A stretch of DNA of 64,000 bases, taken from assembly GCF_947568905.1 (NCBI RefSeq), contig NC_079164.1, forward strand, positions 17,980,001 to 18,044,000. Direction: 5' to 3'. Every line of letters begins with the position of its first letter. Within the stretch, counting starts at the first letter, position 1. This stretch comes from Ostrea edulis (lineage: Eukaryota). The notes below the pieces were generated by a model. It did not search any database and had not been told where the DNA came from. It saw only the letters and a program-made list of their open reading frames with translations. Positions 62,390 through 64,000 of this stretch are shown here, one piece after another. The position numbers and the translations under genes were made by a program.

Positions 62390-62680
62390 TATCTCGGCAG
62401 ACGTTCATCTATATGTAAAAACAAAACCAAATTGATGCTAGTACAAGAGAACTTTAATGTAGATAGAAGAATACGTTTTCTTTCTTATGTCAAAATAGTG
62501 TAGTTTCTGAAAGTGAATTACTGTAGGAGATGTATATATCGGGGAAAATGTAATATAATATTGCTAGACGGAAAGACCAACGAACGATAATTCAGTAAAG
62601 AATTAGGCCTAGTATCGGAACGTGTTCACACGTAGGTGCGCCCTCGGTTTTATGATGTAATTTACTGGACTCGGGGATAA

Positions 62681-63365
62681 ATGTCATTTAGTGAGGAAGC
62701 AGTCCTAACCCTCGATCAGGCATTGGGTCAATTGTCGTTAGAAGCTCGAGGTTGGTATTGCCCCAGTGACAATGTATCAGACAATATCCTTAGAGTTGTC
62801 TCCCCATTTAGGCATTTTATGCAACTTGCGAAGCGCCTGGCATAGGCCTAGTGTTAATTAAAATATATTTATTGTATGTGTCCGATTGCACTATATTTTT
62901 ACTTTAGGCCTGTAACTTTAATTGTTGTAAATACTGTTCAAATTATTGCAACTACCTCGAAGAAATTTTTTTTTTTTAAAAAGCCTCTGTACATGTACAT
63001 AGGACATGTACTGGAAAAAAAACTTGATTCAGCAGATCATCTACTGTGTCTTCTTAAATACATGTAAGTATCACGATTTGTTTAATTACCGCTAGTAAAT
63101 ACTAGGACTCGTCTGTTACTTTAACTGTTTAGTAGTAGTCGTGCTTTAAGCGATAATTAATAAAGTTTGTTCTAATGAATATTGGACTTTTTTTATTTTT
63201 TTTTTTTAAATATGTATTACCTGCAGAACTGTAGCTCTCTGAAAAAATATTTTGACATAACAGACTCTCTGTTATGTCAAAATATTTTTTCAGAGAGCTA
63301 CAGTTCTGCAGCTAAATATGTATAAGATCTACGAGTTCACTTTTACGATGATTTAAAAAAGTATG

Positions 63366-63421
<56 letters not shown>

Positions 63422-63884
63422 TATTGTTCACGAGTATAATTGTTAAAACGATTTTTGATCCTCGTGAAAGTATGTAGATCTATGTAAAATACATAATTTA
63501 AGCAATGTACATATATACAGTATCTATTAAAATAACATAAAGCGCTCGTTTTTATTATCTCTGTGAAATGGTGTTGTACTAATTTAACATTTTAAAAATT
63601 ATTTCACTAGAGCCCCATGCCAGAGTTACAAATTAAATATTATCCCGGCATTGCGTAAGGAAAGACTTGATATGGTGCATCTACACTATCAGTATATATA
63701 TACAATAATTAACCTTTGTCATTTTTACAGAACTATATTTGGATCACGATGTCCCGATATTAGATCAACCCCTCACGCCTCTATCCTTCTACAGGGAATA
63801 TGTGTCTCCCAACAAGCCTGTCCTGATCAGGAATGGACTTCAACACTGGTCAGCGATAACAAAATGGACACCAGACTATCTCCG
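62681..63884 (+). CDS. JMJD7: JmjC domain-containing protein 7, first two coding exons (gene continues past the window)
   Basis: Exons 62681-62750 (MSFSEEAVLTLDQALGQLSLEAR, phase-1 donor GAG|GTTGGT) and 63731-63884 (ELYLDHDVPILDQPLTPLSFYREYVSPNKPVLIRNGLQHWSAITKWTPDYLR). This matches the JMJD7 N-terminal pattern VPxLDxPxTPLxFYRxxVxPNxPxxIRNxLQHWxAxxKW. Confidence 0.88.
63218..63314. mobile_element. 97-bp perfect-hairpin micro-MITE with 9-bp TSD
   Basis: Perfect 44-bp arms CTGCAGAACTGTAGCTCTCTGAAAAAATATTTTGACATAACAGA with a 3-nt loop. AATATGTAT at 63209-63217 and 63315-63323. Confidence 0.85.
63369..63418. repeat. (TA)n microsatellite
   Basis: About 24 TA units. Confidence 0.95.
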
Positions 63885-64000
63885 GTAGGAATTAGCGAGA
63901 AGTGTCTATAGAATACATGTATACCAAGCATGCTTTTCCATTTGAAAGTGAAGTTTGTCAAAATGGCGAATAGGTTATTAGTCTAGTGTACTCACCAAAT

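Noticed and set aside
63651-63911. 86-aa ORF MRKERLDMV…
   Set aside because: Wrong frame. The real exon 63731-63884 reads as JMJD7 in another frame.

Overview
AT-rich eukaryotic genomic DNA. The repeat families look like those of oysters, so the host is probably an oyster or related bivalve (inference). Two protein-coding genes can be reconstructed from GT-AG splice sites with fully consistent reading phases. (1) A + strand TNF-receptor-superfamily gene, exons 31667-36703, with a candidate signal-peptide exon at 7466-7498 about 24 kb upstream. The predicted 483-aa type I membrane protein has cysteine-rich repeats, one TM helix, a death-domain-like region and an acidic tail with TRAF2/3-, TRAF6- and PSAP-type motifs. 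(2) The first two coding exons of JMJD7 (62681-62750, 63731-63884), which runs off the window. Two intact tRNA genes (Arg-ACG 6849-6921 +, His-GTG 62318-62389 -) each lie a few hundred bp upstream of one of these starts. The rest is mostly transposon-derived: Naiad-like and GIY-YIG Penelope-like retroelements, Meta-type SINEs with TSDs, Helentron-associated (HINE-like) satellites, decayed hAT and DDE_Tnp_4-like transposases, Crypton-like pieces, a GC-rich foldback element and several ~70-100 bp hairpin elements, some with TSDs. I see no CRISPR array, no prokaryotic system and nothing I can honestly call a new biological system. The best leads are the hybrid TNFR tail, a hammerhead-core-like RNA motif, a three-level nested insertion, the foldback element and the Crypton-like cluster. 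All family assignments are from motif recognition by eye, not database searches.
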